From: Candidatus Bathyarchaeota archaeon
GTDB taxonomy: Archaea; Thermoproteota; Bathyarchaeia; Bathyarchaeales; Bathycorpusculaceae
Assembly: GCA_963739305.1 (NCBI GenBank)
Contig: CAVTZU010000028.1
Coordinates: forward strand, 1 to 64,000
DNA length: 64,000 nt
Reading direction: 5' to 3'
The notes beneath the pieces are model-generated. The model did not search any database, had not been told where the DNA came from, and saw only the letters and a list, made by a program, of their open reading frames with translations. The translations under genes were made by a program, and so were the position numbers. How positions within the stretch are numbered: position 1 is the first letter of the stretch; every line of letters starts with the position of its first letter. This document shows, piece after piece, positions 60,561 to 64,000 of this stretch.

Positions 60561-61832
60561 TTGGCCAAAAAAGCGGATTTCGCAATAATCAATGCAAATG
60601 AGCTCATGACCGTAGGAGGAACAAGCTACAAGCCCCGAGCTCGGGAAAAAATGAGTGATCTTGGAATAGTGAAGAATGGAGCTGTAGCAGTCAAGAATGG
60701 AAGGATAATTTCGGTTGGCACGACGAAAAAAGTCGTGGAAGAACTAGAAGACGGATTTGAAACCATCGACGCCACCGGAAAGCTTGTTACTCCAGGGCTA
60801 ATCGACCCCCACGTGCATCTTGTTTTCGGCGGCTCGAGGGAAGAAGAACTCGAACAGATGGCTGTCAAGGGCATTCCGTACTTGGAAATCAAAGCAAAAG
60901 GAGGAGGAATGCCCACAACCCTCAGGAAAACAGCGGAGACATCCACGGAAGAACTCCTCAAACGAACAGTGAAGATACTTGACACCATGTTGATCCACGG
61001 CACCACAACGATAGAAGCAAAAAGCGGGTATGAAATGACCTTGCAAGGCGAAATCAGACAGCTAGAGATCATCAGAAAACTCGACGATACTCATCCGATC
61101 GACCTAGTCCCAACTTTCATGGCCCAAGGTATCCCGTTTGAATACGAAAACAAGGTCGACCGACTGACAGACGAGATCGTTGAAGAATGGGTTCCAGAGG
61201 TAGCGAAGAAAAAGCTCGCAGAGTATTGTGACGTGTTCTGCGAGAAAGGCTACTTCAACGTGGAGCAGTCGAGGCGAATACTTGAAGCCGGAAAGAAATC
61301 GGGTATGAAGCCGAGGATTCACGCTGACTGGCTGGCCCACAGTGGAGGCGCAAAGCTGGGCGCAGAGTTAGGAGTCGTCTCTGCCGACCACCTGATCTTC
61401 ACGCCGCAAGATGAGATCGACACCTTGGTTAGAAAAGGTATTATGGGAACGTTTCTGCCGACGACACCGTTCTGTTATTTGGGAACTTATGCGAAGGCGA
61501 GGGACATAATCAACAGAGGGTTGCCTGTTGCGTTAGGGACCGACCTGAGCGCAGCTGACTGGTGTGAATCAATGCAGATGATGATGACGATCGCTATACT
61601 CCAGATGAGGATGACCACAGAAGAGGCATTTGTGGCCTCAACGATCAACGCGGCTCATGCCGTGGAACGCGCCCATGAAATCGGTAGCCTAGAAGAAGGA
61701 AAGAAAGCCGACATCGTGATTTTCGACGCCCCCAACCACAAGTACGTCTCATATCATTATGGCGTCAACCTAGCTGAGAAAGTCTTCAAAGACGGAAAGC
61801 TTGCAGCTGAGAGAGGAAGAAGAGTAAAGTAG
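60561..61832 (+). CDS. hutI: imidazolonepropionase
   Basis: PGLIDPHVHLVFGGSREEE, GTTTIEAKSGY, DVFCEKG, SADHL, YHYGVN. Confidence 0.88.
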   Translation: MAKKADFAIINANELMTVGGTSYKPRAREKMSDLGIVKNGAVAVKNGRIISVGTTKKVVEELEDGFETIDATGKLVTPGLIDPHVHLVFGGSREEELEQMAVKGIPYLEIKAKGGGMPTTLRKTAETSTEELLKRTVKILDTMLIHGTTTIEAKSGYEMTLQGEIRQLEIIRKLDDTHPIDLVPTFMAQGIPFEYENKVDRLTDEIVEEWVPEVAKKKLAEYCDVFCEKGYFNVEQSRRILEAGKKSGMKPRIHADWLAHSGGAKLGAELGVVSADHLIFTPQDEIDTLVRKGIMGTFLPTTPFCYLGTYAKARDIINRGLPVALGTDLSAADWCESMQMMMTIAILQMRMTTEEAFVASTINAAHAVERAHEIGSLEEGKKADIVIFDAPNHKYVSYHYGVNLAEKVFKDGKLAAERGRRVK

Positions 61833-61902
61833 ACAACAAAAACGAGAGATATTGAAGAGAAAACGTATTCAGGCCATGAACGATGACTCTATTCGCCCTC
61901 AC

Positions 61903-63456
61903 TCACCTTTCAAGTATGAACGTCTTCTTGTGCAGTGTTGGCGTTGGTATTCGTTCCATCAGCATCCTGTCAGCAGGCTTATTGCTAAGCCCGACTGGTT
62001 GAAGCTTCTGCGCAAGCTCAAGGGCTGATTCGAGTTTTGTGCTTCTTTCAGCAAATATCTCCATCATGACCTGGTCTTTTTTGACGTGATCGCCCAGTTT
62101 TGTTTTCAGCAGCAGCCCGGCTCCTTTGTCTCTTGGCGCGCCCGCTTCTTTAGCTATCCTCGCGATTCCTTCGTTGCTCACCCAGAGGACTTCTCCATCC
62201 TGAGGCGCCTTCAACACAGAGGTTTCGTGTCCGACGATGATATCTTCCGGTTTTACTTTCGAATTACCGCCCTGAGCCTCGATTATTTCGCGAAGCTTTT
62301 TCTCGGCTTTTCCTGATTTCAAGAATTCCTCAGCTACTTGTTTTCCGTTCTTGGTTCCAACCATATCCAAAAGTATGCCGGCAAGGTTGACGACCTTCTC
62401 TTGAAGGTCAGGGGGACCGTGACCCATAATAGTCGAGAGAGCTTCTCTTGCTTCTAACGCCGGTCCAACCGCGCTCCCAAGGGGCTGTTCACCGAAGGTG
62501 ACTCCGACTTGAACGTTCATTCCTAAACGTTTTCCCAAGTCCATGAAATCGGCTGCAAGAGCTTCTGCCTCACCGATGGTTTTTATCTTCGCTCCTCTTC
62601 CGGTTGGTATGTCCAACACGACGTGCGTCGCACCTATGGCTTTCTTCTTGCTCATGATTGAAGGAAGAAGCATTGGGTCTATCGCCAACGGATACTCGAC
62701 TTGAATAAAGATATCATCAGCAGGCGCCAACTCGAGTGCCCCTCCCCACACCAAGCAGCCATTCGTCTTTTCGACGACGCCTCTTATTTCATCAACCGAC
62801 AATTTTACTGGACACAAAACTTCCACGCGATCTGCAGTTCCGGCTGGCGAGGTCACGGCTCTTGATGACGTTTTTGGGATCGTGAAACCAGCAGCTGCGA
62901 TTATCGGCACGACGAGGATTGACGTCTTGTCTCCCGGAATGCCGCCGATGCTGTGTTTGTCGAGTATCGGCTTCTTCCCCAGCGCCAAGGTGCTTCCAGT
63001 CTCCACCATTGCCCTAGACAACGATTCAGCTTCTTCCATGCTCATCCCGTGAATGTAAAGAGCGGTGAGAAAAGATGCTAGTTCAATGTTGCTGAGGTGG
63101 CCTTCAACGACATCATGGATTATTGAGACTATCTCATTTTCTCGCAGCCGACTGTTGTTGATTTTTGCCTGGATGTAACTGAGCGATTCTGGAAGATTGA
63201 CAGATTCGACTTCAACGTTCTCTTCCCCTACTATGTCCAGTTTCTTAGCTGGCTCTTCATAGAGACCGATTGACTTGCGCGAGAAATTGGCGGCTACGTT
63301 CACTATCGCGACCGCCTCCTTATCCCTGTAGGATATTCTCACTCTGTCAGAAGAGAGAACGCCCAGGTAGTTTGCAGATGTCTCATCAAGCACCGCAACG
63401 CTTCTACCGCCTGCTTGTATATGCAGAAGTTTCGCCTTGAGCTTCATCAATACCAC
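61903..63456 (-). CDS. AMP phosphorylase
   Basis: DKHSIGGIPG, PKTSSRAVTSPAGTAD, VGPALEA, AGAPRDKGAG. Confidence 0.93.
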   Translation of the reverse strand: MVLMKLKAKLLHIQAGGRSVAVLDETSANYLGVLSSDRVRISYRDKEAVAIVNVAANFSRKSIGLYEEPAKKLDIVGEENVEVESVNLPESLSYIQAKINNSRLRENEIVSIIHDVVEGHLSNIELASFLTALYIHGMSMEEAESLSRAMVETGSTLALGKKPILDKHSIGGIPGDKTSILVVPIIAAAGFTIPKTSSRAVTSPAGTADRVEVLCPVKLSVDEIRGVVEKTNGCLVWGGALELAPADDIFIQVEYPLAIDPMLLPSIMSKKKAIGATHVVLDIPTGRGAKIKTIGEAEALAADFMDLGKRLGMNVQVGVTFGEQPLGSAVGPALEAREALSTIMGHGPPDLQEKVVNLAGILLDMVGTKNGKQVAEEFLKSGKAEKKLREIIEAQGGNSKVKPEDIIVGHETSVLKAPQDGEVLWVSNEGIARIAKEAGAPRDKGAGLLLKTKLGDHVKKDQVMMEIFAERSTKLESALELAQKLQPVGLSNKPADRMLMERIPTPTLHKKTFILER

Positions 63457-63539
63457 ACCCGCACACTATAAGCGCGGTTGAAATTAAAGCCTTTAAGCAA
63501 CCTAGACCAAACAATTCGAAGCACAGGGGTTTGCTAATC

Positions 63540-64000
63540 TTGAGATACGTGGATTTTGTCGACTTGAAATACAAGCCGAACGAGACGGAAGTTATCTGCA
63601 CCTTCCTAGTCGAGCCACAAGGAGTAAGCATGAAAGAAGCCGCAGGTGCAGTTGCTGCTGAAAGCTCCATAGGAACGTGGACAGAGCTGACAACGATCAA
63701 ACCATACGTCGAAAGACTTGCCGCTCACGTGTTCAGCATCAAAGACAACACTGCAAAAATCGCGTATCCAATAGAGCTCTTCGAGCCTGGAAACATGCCT
63801 AACATCCTCAGTAGCGTCGCGGGAAACGTCTTCGGACTGAGAACTCTGAAAAACCTGCACCTCGACGACGTGGATTTCCCAGACAGGCTTGCAAAAAGCT
63901 TCAAAGGCCCAAAGTACGGAGTCGAAGGAGTCCGCAAAATCTTGAAAGTCTACGATCGCCCGTTGGTGGGAACGATCATCAAACCAAAGCTCGGCCTGAA
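63540..64000 (+). CDS. rbcL: form III RuBisCO large subunit (partial, runs off window)
   Basis: manual translation: AVAAESSIGTWT, IAYPIELFE, VAGNVFG, GPKYG, GTIIKPKLGL. Confidence 0.92.
   Translation, partial: MRYVDFVDLKYKPNETEVICTFLVEPQGVSMKEAAGAVAAESSIGTWTELTTIKPYVERLAAHVFSIKDNTAKIAYPIELFEPGNMPNILSSVAGNVFGLRTLKNLHLDDVDFPDRLAKSFKGPKYGVEGVRKILKVYDRPLVGTIIKPKLGL

Noticed and set aside
4566-62141. GCGCGC at 4567, 27027, 48239, 49794 and 62136 as junctions
   Set aside because: Inside apparently intact coding sequence and explainable by Gly/Ala/Arg codons.
1-64000. tRNA, rRNA, IS transposase, reverse transcriptase
   Set aside because: None recognised by eye; tRNAscan-SE, Infernal and ISEScan would be needed to exclude them.

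Overview
Archaeal chromosomal window, probably Bathyarchaeia/TACK. This is inferred from dockerin-CARDB and PEF-CTERM proteins, a short XPF, an Ftr paralog and form III RuBisCO. 1-28.7 kb is housekeeping and metabolic: dph5, ribL, ribK/RbkR, ECF S component-PoK-PPAT, an ABC pair, LipS1/LipS2, a hybrid histidine kinase, a CoA transferase, hbd/crt, adk, a frameshifted tryptophanase-family gene, iorAB, XPF and an M42 peptidase. 28.7-55.7 kb is a hypervariable, partly decayed region that contains tuf, defence-type genes, surface proteins and a tyrosine recombinase. 55.8-64 kb is core again: DRG-type GTPase, rps7, rps12, ftr-like, glnA-like, hutI, AMP phosphorylase and a partial rbcL. Four non-coding signals stand out. 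(1) About 20 GCGCGC/(GC)n tracts in the variable region mostly mark gene boundaries and truncation or fusion points, like a cassette array. (2) Four GAGAAG-N6-CTTCTC palindromes occur in two pairs, one pair next to the integrase. (3) GGATAAAACTTTACCCC occurs three times exactly, plus one inverted degenerate copy. (4) An ~84-bp element occurs twice in inverted orientation 9.3 kb apart, each copy inside a kb-scale zone of extreme strand skew. Several single-base indels may be assembly errors. No tRNA, rRNA or CRISPR array was seen. All motif counts are by eye.
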